Source: Mobula hypostoma (lineage: Eukaryota). From it: 64,000 nt of DNA. The DNA is taken from contig NC_086108.1 of assembly GCF_963921235.1 (NCBI RefSeq), positions 41,046,001 to 41,110,000 of the forward strand. The letters are read 5' to 3'. The notes beneath the pieces were generated by a model, which saw only the letters and a program-made list of their open reading frames with translations, was not told the origin of the DNA and ran no database searches. Below, piece by piece: positions 1 to 13,082 of the stretch. The translations under genes were made by a program, and so were the position numbers. Positions within the stretch are counted from its first letter, which is position 1. Each line of letters opens with the position of its first letter.

Positions 1-125
1 TTACGGAGCTAGAATGGGAACATGAATTTAATTAGATGATCAGCCACAATTATATTGAAAATACAAGACACTGAATGTTAGTGCAGGCTTGGACAACTGA
101 ACAGCCCATTTCTACTCCTATTTCT
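1..125 (+). mobile_element. Degenerate CR1 LINE 3'UTR remnant
   Basis: gatcagccac...tctactcctatttct resembles the CR1 3' ends at 5400-5480 and 42380-42488. Confidence 0.4.
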
Positions 126-2101
126 CTTTGCTTCTAAGGAAATCCTGAGTTCAATTGAAGAAGATTGATAGTAGGTGAATGAGGGAAGGGAGATTAGCTG
201 AGGAAGCAACAGTTTAACAATGGAATTGGATAACATATTCATTGTCTTTGTCACAATGTGAATATATTAGTAAGCTTGTGGCCACCTCCTGTGGGGCTGG
301 TGGAGCATTTCCAGCCTCCTGTGGGAAAGGCACAGCCTCAAAATTTACCTACCAGAGTCTCCAGAGTCACCTTATCAGATAATCTGCGCCTCATCTCTTG
401 TCAACTCTATTCATATATTGCCACACGCCGCTGGCTCCAGTTCAATGGCTTCCACCACCATTGCAACCACACAGCCCTTCTCTCTTAAGATGGCAAGGCT
501 GACTGCAACCACACAAGCCTGAACTGTCGCAGGCCACTAACAAAAAAAAGTTCCCATGGTTACATGCTAGAGTTGCTGCTAGCCAATCCCTGAAACGGTA
601 TTAATGAGGTCACACCAGAAATTTTACTTGCACTTTCAGAAGTTTCTCTTATACTGTCATCCAAGTTTTCCAGCACCGCCCAGTCAATCCCCACTTAAGT
701 CAATTTCAATCTTTGAGCAATGTTTTTGTTGGTTACCTGTAAATAACATTGGAGGGAGAGGAAAGATCTGTTCAAATAACGCTGAGAATTAATCTGTTGT
801 TTCTCAGCTGGCACATGAGGGTGGTATGCCACAGGGTGGTTCACATTGGTAGACCAAGAGTGGAAACAGGGCATAGGAAGTGGGAATGTGATGTGTTTTC
901 TGCAATTGCCGGAAATGATCTTGCCTTGCTCAGGAGAGGGGACGCACTTCCCTTTAAACATCCGCTCAGGATGATGCATGGTGCACAAACTTTGAGTGAT
1001 ATCTGACCTCACTACCCACAAGCCCACTTGATTCAAGAGTACCTCTGTCTGATGGCTGTAACAGCACAAGTTGGCTTTTATGTCCAGTAAGCCAGTGTAT
1101 GGAGGGTGTTTGCCCAATTTAAGTCAGGCCTGAACCATCATCTAAATGTTTGCTCTAAAGAGAGCTGTCTGAGACAAAAATACATCTCCGTTACCCTTTT
1201 TGTATTACAACCCTGATATCTTCTTTTCTCCCTACAAAGTTTTATTTTAGTTTTAATTTTAAAGTCCATAAATGTCTCAGTTTGTTCAGTTTTCAACATT
1301 TTATGATAAAGGCCTTGAGTTTCCTGATTTCAATAGAGCCTGTGTGTACTCAGTTAATAAAGCATTAAGGAGATATTTAGATTTGCCGTTTGGTACGTGC
1401 TACTACACAGCTACTAGTATTACTTGATGTATAAAGCAGATTTTTGTGCAGAACTTGACTCAAAGTCAACACAGCAGTTGGACTTTTTCCCCTAAGAGGT
1501 AACTTGAGCTGAGTTTGCCAACCCTCCTGATGAACTTGACCATCGTGCTCCAGTACAGACTACTCCAGGGCAAAGTCATTTGTCTGTGTTTTTTAACACA
1601 ATAACAGATCAGGATACTGCAGCAGAAGGAACAGGCAAGACTGAAAAAGGGGCCAGTTTGCAGAGGGCTGGAACCTGCCTGTTCAACAAGAATAAACATA
1701 ACCCTTGTCCCTGAGAAATTTACCTCAGTTGTGCAAAGCCTAGTCCAGATTTGTTATTTGCACAGTTGGGGAAGACATTCAACAGCTGTGTTTGTCTTGG
1801 CTTCAGGTTCCTGTATTAAGTAGTGAAGCTCAGAACTGTGGCTACGTAATGCTGTTCGAACTTCATGAACTCAGAAGTCAGCATTGATGGGGCATTGTCA
1901 ATTCATGTCACACTAAAGCAAGAGCAAGGCTACTTCTGAATCTTTCTGGCCTTTCTCCTTGCAACCACCCTTTTTGCAAAGTACCTCCTCCCTGCTTGAC
2001 CCTTTGCCAGACTTGCATCTCGAAGGAGGTCTTCTCACAATTGCATGAATTACTTTTTCATTTTGACGGGAGAACCAGTGGACAAATATCTTCACTCGTT
2101 C

Positions 2102-2228
2102 TGGGAGTTATGAGTAAGCGGGGAAAATGAAATAGGATTTGTATTGGATAAGTATAAATGAGTGTTTGATGGTCAGGGCAGAGCTAGTGGGCCAAAGGGC
2201 CTTTTTCTGTTCTGAATGACTCCACTAT
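2102..2228 (+). mobile_element. CR1 LINE 3' terminus
   Basis: tgggccaaagggcctttttctgttctg matches the CR1 tail tgggccgaagggcctgtactgtgctg at ~22960. Confidence 0.6.
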
Positions 2229-3107
2229 TCTTCGACTCTTTAACAGCCAGAAGGACAAAGGAGGTAGAACTCCCTTTATTTGGAGACTCTGATCACTTCT
2301 AAGGGAGAGAATTGGCCCTCAGCCCTGAGTGTTTCAGAATGTGTTTCCATTCAAACATCAGGACTTCAGAGTGAATTAAACACTGATGACTTGAACTGAA
2401 TTGTACAAGTTACTCATTGTTCCTGAACATTGTATTTTCTGAGCAAATAGAAAGCTTGTTCGTGACACTGGAATTACAGCTCGTTGTGTAAATTATACAT
2501 CAGAAACATAGAGGGTTAGGATGAGAGCATGAAGACATTTTTGTTTTGTTTAAAGGGTTGTCTCCAAGCAACAGCTCTGCAGAAGTCAGGATTTTGAAAT
2601 AATTATTGTTTACAGTCTTGTGCTGGTCAGCCCATACCATGTGGCCCCATCACTTACAGATGTGTTTTTGTTTGCAACAGATGACTAAAAAATGATTTAT
2701 TGTTGAGAGACACGCATCAAAAAGCCAAGGATTGTACAGGCTTATAACTAATAAACTTAATCACTGCAAGGAAACCAAATTGATCGGATTGGCAGCGGAG
2801 AATCCCCAAAGCTTACAGCATAGTGAACCTGACAAAGGCCCTGGTTAAAAGGATCTGTAAATATTACACACCGAGGCAAGACTTGGAAAATCATTTGTTT
2901 TTAAAATAACATTTTTTAATTAACCAGTGTCAACAATTTAAATTTGTCTTGGATTTATACCGTCATTCAGTGTGCAGTGGTGTGGTTCGAGTGCAAGGAA
3001 ACATATTTTTCCTCTTAACATTTGCATTTTGGTGAGTTAAGCCAGCGCAGCAAGTGGGAAACCCTGATGAGTGTTGTAGGACAGAGAGACTGAGGGGAAC
3101 AGCTAAA

Positions 3108-3645
3108 TAGTTCCCTGGAAGTGGCAACACATGTAGACAGGGTGATGAAGAATGCATTTGACACGCTTGCTTTCATCGGCCAGGACGAGTACAGGAGCTG
3201 GGACTGTATAAATCACTTGCTTTCATCAGTCAGGACAACAAGTACAGGAGCTGGAACTGTATAAATCACGGGTGGGACCACAGTTGGAGTATTGCATGCA
3301 GTTCTGGTCACCCAGATGTAGGGAGCTGCAAAAGGTGCAGAAAAGATTCACAAGGTGTTGCCAGAGCTGGAATTATAAGGAAACGCTAAACGGGCTGGGG
3401 CCTCTTTCCCTGGGATGTAGGAGGCCGAAGGGCAAACTTATTAAAGTATAGAAAATCATGAAGGGCACGGAAAAGGTGAATGGTCATAGTCATTCTCCCA
3501 GGCAAGTGGAGTCTAAAACTAGATGGATTTAAGGAGAGAGAGGAAAGATTTAAAAGGGTCCTGAGGGGAAACTTTGTCACGCCGAGGATGGTGGGCTATA
3601 TGCAATAAGCTGCCAGACAAAACTATAGAGGCAGATACAATTACT
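3108..3645 (+). mobile_element. Decayed CR1 ORF2 C-terminal fragment
   Basis: ttggagtattgcatgcagttctggtcacc (LEYCMQFWSP) and downstream sequence are colinear with 22360-22870. Confidence 0.85.
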
Positions 3646-3970
3646 GGTTGGGATTGAACGAGAAGGCCTGAAAACAATATAAGACAAGATGGTGGTGAAG
3701 ACAAATACGGATGAAGGACACGTGAATGCAGGAACAGGTCTTAATAAGAACGTGGTCATATTGCAGTGGAAAACACAGGGTGGAGAAGGGGAGAAATTCA
3801 CGTAACTCCCATTGAAGACAGGAGAGAAACTTCTTCAAAGCAGGTATACCTTGAAGAGACTTTGCTGTGGAGCAGTACATTAGAGCCACATGATAATGCA
3901 GGTGCTATAGTTCAAAAGCCTCTACAGATAAAGTAGGTATCAGAACATTATAGCATTCGAAACATGTATG

Positions 3971-5847
3971 GTTTAAAGATTTAAAAGACAATGATCATCG
4001 AAATATGCATACAGAATACAACTCAGAGATTTGTCTTCTCACAGGCAGCGGCAAAACAAGGAAATACCATGGAACCCCTTCAAGAAAACGTCAAAGTTCG
4101 AAAAACATTTATTATGGAAGTATGCATAAAGTGTACAGCCTTGAGATTCATCTCCTAACAGGCAGCCACGAAACAAAGAAACTCAAAAAGCAACGTTAAA
4201 AAGAAGACCATCAAACACTCAATGTGCAGAGAAAAAAAATCATGCAAACAATAAACACAAACTAACAGTGGTTTGAACTGAAGTCCACAAAGGCAGTCCT
4301 GTCTATAGAACCCTAGTTCAATGCAGAGCAGAACAGCGAACTGAACTGGCCCAGTTCCTCGCCTCGGGCCCCAACTCCTTGACATTTTCAATCTGGCACA
4401 GTGCTTACATTGTCCAAACATTAGGTTCAGTCGCTTTGCTACAATCTAGGGCCTGGATCCCACTGCCTCGATTCGGCTTGTAGCAAAAGGGAATAAAGGG
4501 GGCCTTTTCTGGTTGGCTGCCAGGGACTAGTGGTGTTCCTCAGGAGTCAGTATTGGGACTGCTACTTTTCACATTGTTTGTCAATGATTTAAATAAAGGA
4601 GTTGATGGCTTTGTGGCAAAGTTTGCAGATGATACGAAGATGGGTGGTGGGGTAGGTAGTGCTGAGGAAGCAATGTGATTGCAGAGGACTTAGACAAATT
4701 GGAAAAATGGACAAAGAAGTAGAGATGGAACACAGTGTTGGGAAATGTAGGATAATGCATTTTGGTAAAAGCAACAATAGTGCAGACTATTAGGTAAATG
4801 GGGAGAAGGTTAATTTACAGGTTGTGTCTGTGGTAAAGAAGGCAAATGCAATGTTGGTATTTATTTCAAGGAGAATAGAATATAAAAGCAAGGAGGTAGT
4901 GCTGAGCCATTATAAGACACTAGTCAGTCTACACTTGGAGTATTGTCAACAGTCTTGGGCCCCATATCTCAGAAAAGATGTGTTGTCATTGGAGGGAGTC
5001 CAAGGAGGTTCATGATGATTCCGGGAATGAAGGGGTTAACATATGAGGAACATTTGGAAGATATGCGCCGGTACTCACTGGAATTTAGAAGAATGCGGGG
5101 GGCTGTGGGTGGAATCTCATTGAAACCTACAGAATGTTGAAAGGACTAGATAGGGTGAATGTGGAGAGAATGTTTCCTTTAGTGGGGGTATCCAGAACTA
5201 GAGGGCACAGCATCAACACTGAGGGGTGACTTTTTAGAACAGAGGTAAGGAGGAATTTTTTTAGCCAAAGCATGGTGAATCTGTGGAATGCTCTGTCACG
5301 GTCTGTAGTAGAGGCCAAGTCTGTGGGTATACTTAAGGCAGAAGCTGATAGTTTCCTGATCAGTCAGGGTATCAAAGGACATGGCAAGAAGGCAGGTGTA
5401 TGGGGTTGAGTAGTATCTGGGATCATCCATGACGGAATGGGCTGAATGGCCTAATTCTGCTCCTATGTCTTATGGTCTTATAGTCCCACTTTTCCAATTT
5501 GGCCTGGTGCTTAAATCATCCAAACATCGGGTTAATTTGCTTCAGTAAGCTCTGGGATCTGCACACCGCTGCCTCAATTCAGCCTGTATCTGACTTTTCC
5601 GATTCAGCCTGCACCTTAAATCAATCATCCACAGGTATTCCTCACTTTCAGCAATGGGCCCACTGCCTCGCCTCGCCTCGGTTCTGCCGCATCCATCTGC
5701 CTCAAAGAACAAAGGGAAGTTACTTGCTATTGCCTGTGAGGCTCATTTACCAGAAAAAATGTGATTGACAAAGTATTTAGTTGTTTTCCTTGTTTCATTA
5801 GCCACCAGCCAGAAGTTGCTGAGATTCACCAGCACCATCTTAAACCA
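3971..5847 (-). mobile_element. Non-coding retroposon with AAGATGG head and Rex/Babar-like tail, split by a CR1 at 4483-5481
   Basis: Minus-strand start ggtttaagatggtgc near 5845; tail region caaagttcg..atttatt resembles the Rex1 tail at 28396-28720; ~110-bp internal repeats continue on both sides of the CR1. Confidence 0.55.
4483..5481 (+). mobile_element. 5'-truncated CR1 LINE (RT C-terminal half plus 3'UTR)
   Basis: ggtgttcctcaggagtcagtattggga (GVPQxSVLG), aagtttgcagatgat (KFADD), ORF 4824-5015 HLEYCQQSWAPY, tail tatgtcttatggtcttat. Confidence 0.95.
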
Positions 5848-5939
5848 AACATCAAACACACATAATACTAATGAAAAAATCTAAATATCTGGTAAACATC
5901 TTTCATTACATTTATCCAAATATGGCCCAGTGTATCCAA

Positions 5940-6155
5940 ATACGAGGATATCTGCAGATGCTGGATATTGAAGCAACACACATCAAAGTTGCTGGTGAAC
6001 GCAGCAGGCCAGGCAGCATCTCTAGGAAGAGGTACAGTCGACATTTCGGGCCAAGACCGTCAGGACGAAGGGTCTTGGCCCGAAATGTCGACTGTACCTC
6101 TTCCTAGAGATGCTGCCTGGCCTGCTGCGTTCACCAGCAACTCTGATATGTGTTA
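5940..6155 (-). mobile_element. Palindromic mini Penelope-like element (inverted pLTR pair)
   Basis: 84-bp inverted arms 5975-6058 and 6071-6154; TSD gcccagtgtatc(c/t)aa at 5925-5939 and 6156-6170; homologous to the PLE terminus at ~50140-50264. Confidence 0.9.
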
Positions 6156-6189
6156 GCCCAGTGTATCTAACCTCATTTACAGTCAAAGG

Positions 6190-6925
6190 TCTCTGGACAT
6201 GCTTGGAAAAATACTGGAAAGATGTTTTCCATACTCTATCCCAAATACTTAATTATAATTTGGAACTTAACCCTTTGATTGCTCTTTTCAGCACCTCCGG
6301 AGAGGGGGACAGGCACCTAAGTCTGACCAAACGTCGCACATTGTCTTTTGCCTCTCTTTTGGCCAGGTGCACAGTCTTGCTCAGGTGGAGGGATACCGCC
6401 CCGCCCACCCACGCTCAGTGGCTCAGGGACATCACGTCCAGTCTATACCTTGAGAAGATCCATTATCAATTCTCAACTCGGACATGAAGTTCCAAAAGTT
6501 GTGGGGACCTTTTCTTGAATATTTTCAGAATGCCCAGCCAAACTGAAGGTCCATCCTTTCTTCCTTTCCTCTGCACATGAATCCCTGACCTCCAGCATTT
6601 CCTGGTAAAATTCTACGGACCCAAACCTGTAAACATACAACAGTCTATGTATTAAGAAAATACACCTTCTCAATACCAATGCAGCTCTGTGGGGACAAAG
6701 GTTCTGTTTAACCCTTTTTTGCTAATGCAATGCTGGCTTGGAGATGGGGATTGGGAGGAGTGGGTCAGGGCAGGGAGGCAACTAAAGCATGATTGCACTA
6801 TGGGTGCATCTCTTTCATAGATGTGATTTGTACATTTGATACATTTTTATGAACTGCACAAACCTTCTTTATACCCTGTTCTCTTTACTTATAAAACCAA
6901 TAAAAACATCTGTAATTTCAAAAAA
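6190..6925 (+). mobile_element. L1-clade LINE 3' fragment
   Basis: ORF 6110-6487 WTCLEKYWKDVFHTLS...LLRWRDTAPPTHAQWLRDI...LEKI is typical of fish L1 ORF2 C-termini; ends aataaa plus an A-rich tail. Confidence 0.8.
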
Positions 6926-7660
6926 GTCTCTGGAAGTGGTGAACACACAGCCACTGCAGCTGAAGTATCAGAACTTGGATGAAATTTGACGTGAATTCAG
7001 CATTGCATTATGAAATTAGACTGATTTAGTTGCTCCTTCAGACAGCCAGATATGGTACTACGAATCTGTGCCTGCTTCTTAGACAAAATGAGAGAAGTGT
7101 TCAGGATAGAAAGTGTTTGAAGTGTAAGTGCAGCTTGAGTTGTCTCTACTGGTTCAGTGTGACACAAGAATCCTAAAGCTAACAGTCATTGAATTCAGCT
7201 GCAGTGTAAGTGCTGTCGCCAGCCATGCTATGAATGATGGGAAGGAAAATCTGTAGCACTTGCATTCACTTAACAGAAGTGAACAAAATTATGCTAGCAA
7301 TTACCTCTGTTCTGAGAAAATTCCAGCTTTTCCTGATGGGAGGGTATGTTTTTCTTGGAAAGACCTCAAACTGTTATTGGCAATCCTTGAACCTCAAGCA
7401 GCAATCCCAGTGGTGACATCTTCCATGATATAGAGGTGGGTAGATTTTCTGTAACCATGTAATTGTACATTTGAAAATATTTTGTCAGTGGTGAGGTCCT
7501 GTCCAGACTGTGACAGGAACTGACTGACCCTGGTCATGAAAGCACAGTTTTCACACAGCATCTTGTTGATGAGGATTTCCCCAAGATGGCCAAAGACATT
7601 GCTTGAAATAAACACACTCTGACAAGGTGAGGAATGTTAGGATTGGAACAGGATGATCAC

Positions 7661-8670
7661 CAGATGCTTAGAAATCCAAAGGAACACACACACAAAATGC
7701 TGGAGGAACCCAGCAGGTCAGACAGTATCTATGGAAATGAATAAACAGTTGACATTCCAAGCCAAGATCCTTCTTCAGGTCTGAGAAGGAAGGGGGAAGA
7801 CACCAGAATAAAGAAGTGAGGGAAGGGGAAAGAGATCAGCTGGAAAGTGAGAGATGAAGCCAGGTGGATGGGAAAGGTCAAGCACTGGAGAAAAAAAAAA
7901 TCTGATAGGGGAGAAGAGTGGACCACAGGAGAAAGGGAAGGAGGGCTCCCAGGGGAAGTAATAGGCAGGTGAGCAGAAGTGAAAGGTCAGCATGTGGAAT
8001 AGTGGAGGGGGGGATATTTGTTCATCGGAAATACAAATTAATATGCATGCTATCAGGTTGAGGGTGGCTTCATCTTGACACAAGAGGAGACCATGGATCG
8101 ACACTTTGGAACGAGAATGGGAATCAGAAGTAAAGTGTTATGCCACCAGGAAGTCCTGCTTGAGGTGGATGGATCAGAGGTGCTTGATGAAGCAGCCCGT
8201 CAACTCACAATGGGTCTCACCAGTGTAGAGGAGGACGCATCAGGAGAACCGGACACAATAGGTGACCCCAGCAGATTCACAGGTGAAATGTTGGCTCACC
8301 TGGTAGGGCTGTTCAGGAGAAGGTGTATGGACAGGTGTAGAACTAAGGCTGATAATAGGGGTAAGTGTCTGGAGGGAGATTAGTAGGGAGGGACAATTTC
8401 ACAAGCAAGTTGTGGAAGGAGGGATCCCTGTGGAAAGCGGAGAGGGGTTGGAAGGTAAAGATATGTTTCGTGGATCCCACTGGAGATGCGGAAGTTGCAT
8501 AGGATAATGTGTTGAATGTGGAGGCTAATAGGATAGTAGGTAAGGACAAGAGGAACTCTATCACCATTACAGTGGCAGGAAGATGGGGTGAGTGAGAATG
8601 GAAATGAAGGGGATGTGGATGAGGGCAGCATCAATAGTGACGGGAGGAAACCCTGTTCTTTGAAGGAGGA
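7661..8670 (-). mobile_element. Penelope-like element, 3' part (RT end, GIY-YIG, pLTR)
   Basis: Reverse complement is colinear with 15450-16510 and 49190-50264; resumes at 14274 after the CR1. Confidence 0.9.
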
Positions 8671-10080
8671 TATAGAAACATAGAAAACCTACAGCACAAT
8701 ACAGGCTTTCGGCCCACGATGCCGTGCCAAACATACATTTACTTTAGAAATTACCTAGGGATTACCTATTTTTCTAAGCTCCATGTACCTATCCAGGAGT
8801 CTCTTAAAAGACCCTATCGTATCCGCCTCCATCACTGTCGCCGGCAGCCCATTCCATGCACTCACCACCCCCGCATATATCTTGCCCCTGACATCTCCTC
8901 TGTACCTACTTCCAAGCACCTTAAACTGTGCCCTATCATGCTAGCCATTTCAGCCCTAGGAAAAAGCCTCTGACTATCCACACGATCAATGCCTCTCATC
9001 AACTTATACGCCTCTATCAGGTCACCTCTCATCCTTCGTCGCTGCAAGGAGAAAAGGCCAAGTTCACTCAACCTATTCTAATAAGGCATGCTCTCCAATC
9101 CAGGCAACGTTCTTGTAAATCTTCTTTGTACCCTTTCTATAGTTTCTACATCCTTTCTGTAGTGAGGTGACCAGAACTGAGCACAATATTCCAAGTGGGG
9201 TCTGACCAGAATCCTATAAAGCTGTAATATTACCTCTCGGCTCTTAAGCTCAATCCCATGGTTGATGAAGGCCAATGCACCGTATGCCTTCTTAACCACA
9301 GAGTCAACCTGTGCAGCAGCTTTGAGTGTCCGATGGACTCAGACCCCAAGATCCCTCTGATCCTCCACACTGTCAAGAGTTTTGCCATTACTACTATATT
9401 CTGCCATCATATTTGACCTACCAAAATGAACCACCTCACACTTATCTGGGTTGAACTCCATCTGCCACTTCTTAGCCTATTTCTGCATCCTATCAATGTC
9501 CCACTGTAACCTCTGACAGCCCTCCACACTATCCACAACACCCCGTACCTTTCTGTCATCAGCAAATTTACTAACCCATCCCTCCACTTCCTCATCCAGG
9601 TCATTTATAAAAATCACAAAAAGTAGCAGTCCGAGAACAGATCCCTGAGGCACACCACTGGTCACTGACCTCCATGCAGAACATGACCCGTCTACAACCA
9701 CTCTTTGCCTTCTGTGGGCAAGCCAATTCTGGATCCACAAAGCAAGGTCCCCTTGGATCCCATGCCTCCTTACTTTCTCAATCAGCCTTGTCTGGGGTAC
9801 CTTATCAAATGCCTTGCTGAAATCCATATACACCACATCTACTGTTCTTCCTTCATTAATGCGTTTAGTCACATCCTCAAAAAATTCAATCAGGCTTGTA
9901 AGGCATGACCTGCCATCTTAACAAAGCCACGTTAACTACTCCTAACCTTATTATGCCTCTCCAAATGTGCATAAATCCTGACTCTCCGGATCTTTTCCAT
10001 CAACTTACCAACCATTGAAGTAAGACTCACTGGTCTATAATTTCCCGGGCTACCTCTACTCTGTTTCTTGAATAAGGGAA

Positions 10081-10770
10081 GAAGATCTGCACTCAACGTC
10101 AGTAACACGAAGGAGCTGATTGTGGACGTCAGGAAGGGTAAGATGAAGGAACACATACAAATCCTCATAGAGGGATCAGAAGTGGAGAGAGTGAGCAGCT
10201 CTAAGCGCCTGGTTATCAAGATCTCTGAGGATCTAACCTGGTCCCAACATATTGATGTAGTTATAAAGCAGCTATACTTTATTTTGAAGAGATTTGGCAT
10301 GTCATCAAATACACTCAAAAGCTTCTATAGTTGTACCATGGAGAACATTCTGACAGGCTGCATCACTGTCTGGTATGGAGGGGCTACTGCACAGGACCGA
10401 AAGAAGCTGCAGAAGATTGTAAGTTTAGTCAGCTCCTACAAAGTAGGCACTAGCCTACAAAGCACCCTGCCATTACTAAGGACCTCCAGCACCCAGGGTG
10501 TGCCCTTTTCTCACTGTTACCATCAGGTAGGAGGTACAGAAGCCTGAAGGCACACACTCAGCGATTCAGGAACAGCTTCTTCCCCTCTGCCATCTGATTC
10601 CTAAATGGACATTGAAGCTTTGGACACTACCTAACATTTTTTTAATATACAGTATTTCTGTTTTTGCACATTCTTAAAAATCGATTTGATTGGTTTACTT
10701 GTTTATTTATTATTATGTTTTATTTTATTTTTTTTCTCTCTGCTAGATTATGTATTGCATTGAACTGCTG
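10081..10770 (+). mobile_element. Rex1/Babar LINE 3' fragment nested in CR1
   Basis: ORF 10068-10547 LNVSNTKELIVD...SFYSCTMENILTGCITVWYG...DRKKLQKIV. Confidence 0.9.
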
Positions 10771-12081
10771 CCTTATAATTTTCCTGATCTCTATCATTAC
10801 CTAGTTTTTTGAATCTTTTGTAAGCTTTTCTTTCCTTCTTGACTAAATTTTCAACAGCCTTTGTACACCACAGTTCTTGTACCCTACCATCCTTTTCCTG
10901 TCTCATTGGAACGTACCAATGCAGAACATCATGCAAATATCCCCTGAATATTTGCCACATTTCTGCCGTACATTTCCCTGAGAACATCTGTTCCCAATTT
11001 ATACTTCCAAGTTCCTACATGATAGCTTCATATTTCCCCTTACTCCAATTGAACACTTTCCAAACTTGTCTGTTCCTATCCCTCTCCAATGCTGTGGTAA
11101 AGGAGATAGAATTGTGATCACTATCTCCAAAATGCTCTCCCACTGAGAGACCTGACACCTGACTAGGTTAATTTCCCAACACCAGATCAAGTATAGCCTC
11201 TCCTCTTGTAGGCTAATCTATTCCTGAACATACCTAACAAACTCCACCTATCTAAACCCCTTGCTGTAGGAAGATGCCAATCAACGCTTAAGAAATTAAA
11301 ATCTCCCAGCATGATGACCTTGTTATGATTACAGCTTTCCAGAATCTGTCTCCCTATCTGCTCCTCGATGTCCCTGTTACTGTTGGGTGGTCTATTAAAA
11401 ACACCCAGTAGAGTTATTGACCCCTTCCTGTTCCTAACTTCCACCTACAGAGACTCAGTAGACAATCCCTCCATAACTTGCTCATTTCTGCAGCTGTGAC
11501 ACTATCTCTGATCAGCAGTGCCATGCCCCCACCTCTTTTGCCTCCCTCCCTGTCCTTTCTGAAACTTCTGAAGCCTGGCCCTCTAACTAACCATTCCTGC
11601 CCTTCGGCCAGCCAAGTCTCTGTAACAGCCACAACATTATATCTCCAAGTACTGATCTACGCTCGGAGCTCATCTGCTTTGTTCATGATGCTTCTTGCAT
11701 TAAAGTAGACACATCTCAAACCATCAGTCTGAGCGCATCCCTTCTTTATCACCTGCCTGTTCTCCCTCTCACACTGCTTACAAGTTTTCTCTATTTGTGA
11801 GCCAACCACCCCTTCCTCCATCTCCTCAGTTCGGTTCTCACCCCCCAGCAATTCTAGTTTAAACTTCCTCCAATAGCCTTAGCAAACCTCCCTGTCAGGA
11901 TATTGGTCCCCCTCGGATTCAAGTGCAACCCGTCCTTTTTGTACAGGTCACACCTGCCCCAAAAGAGGTCCCAACGAATCAGAAATCTGAATCCCTGCCC
12001 CCTGCTCCAATCCCTCAGCCGTGCATTAATCTCCTACCTCACTCTATTCCTATACTCACTCTTACGTGGCACGGGCAGTAA

Positions 12082-12392
12082 AGGCATCCGTTAGTCTTGC
12101 AAGACCATGGATCTGTGCCTGGAAAGTCTTCACTCTCCAGGGCGCAGGCCTGGGCAAGGTTGTATGGGAGACCAGCAGTTGCCCATGCTGCAAGTCTCCC
12201 CTCTCCACGACACCAATGTTGTCCAAGGGAAGGGCATTAGGACCCATACAGCTTGGCACCAGTGTCGTCGCAGAGCAATGTGTGAGTAAGTGCCTTGCTC
12301 AAGGACACAACATGCTGCCTCGGCTGGGGCTCGAACTCATGACCTTCAGATGGCTAGTTGAATGCCTTAACCACTTGGCCACATGCCCACTA
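12082..12392 (-). mobile_element. tRNA-derived SINE
   Basis: Minus-strand A box tggccaagtgg and B box gagttcgagcc; central gtgtccttgagcaaggcact; TSD ggcacgggcagtaa at 12068-12081 and 12393-12406. Confidence 0.9.
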
Positions 12393-13082
12393 GGCACGGG
12401 CAGTAATCCTGAGATTACTACCTTTGAGGTCCTGTTATCTCACCACAACAACCCTGTTATCATTACACATTTCCAGAATCTGTCTCCCTATCTGCTCCTT
12501 GATGTCTCTGTTATTATTGGGTGGTCTATAAAAAACATTCGGTAGGGTTATTGACCCCTTCCTGTTTCTAACTTCCGCCCACAGAGACTCCGTAGACAAT
12601 CCCTCCATGACTTCTTCCTTTTCTGCAGCCGTGACACTATCTCTGATCAGCAGTGCCATGCCCCCACCTCTTTTGCCTCCCTCCCTGTCCTTTCTGAAAC
12701 ATCTGAAGCCTGGTACTCGAAGTAGCCATTCCTGCCCTTGAGCCATCCAAGTCTCTGTAATGGCCACAACATGATAGTTCCGCGTACTGATCCACGCTCT
12801 AAGCTCATCCGCTTTGTTCGTGATGCTTCTTGCGTTAAAATAGACACATCTCAATCCATTGGTCTGAGTGTGTCCCTTCTCTATCACCTGTCTATCTCCC
12901 CTCTCGCTCTGTCTCCAAGCTTTCTCTATTTGTGAGCCAACCACCCCTTTCTCCGTCCCTTCATTTCGATTCCCACACCCCAGCAATTCTAGTTTAAATT
13001 CTCCCCGATAGCCTTAGCAAACCTCCTTGCCAGGATATTGGTCCCCCTCGGATTCAAGTGCAACACGTACATTTTGTATAGG

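Noticed and set aside
278..296. Possible CTCF site (reverse complement acaggaggtggc)
   Set aside because: Two mismatches to the core consensus; too weak alone.
258..2095. Short ORFs of 60-140 aa in unique DNA (also 7234-7615, 17445-17645, 25721-26597, 29700-29990)
   Set aside because: No recognisable domains; many start at non-ATG codons; lengths are compatible with chance.
5975..6154. miRNA precursor or DNA-transposon MITE
   Set aside because: The arms are PLE terminal repeats, the ends are asymmetric, and the TSD is 15 bp.
12320..12392. tRNA gene (also ~32120-32190 and ~35600-35672)
   Set aside because: The A/B boxes are SINE heads attached to SINE bodies; no complete cloverleaf.
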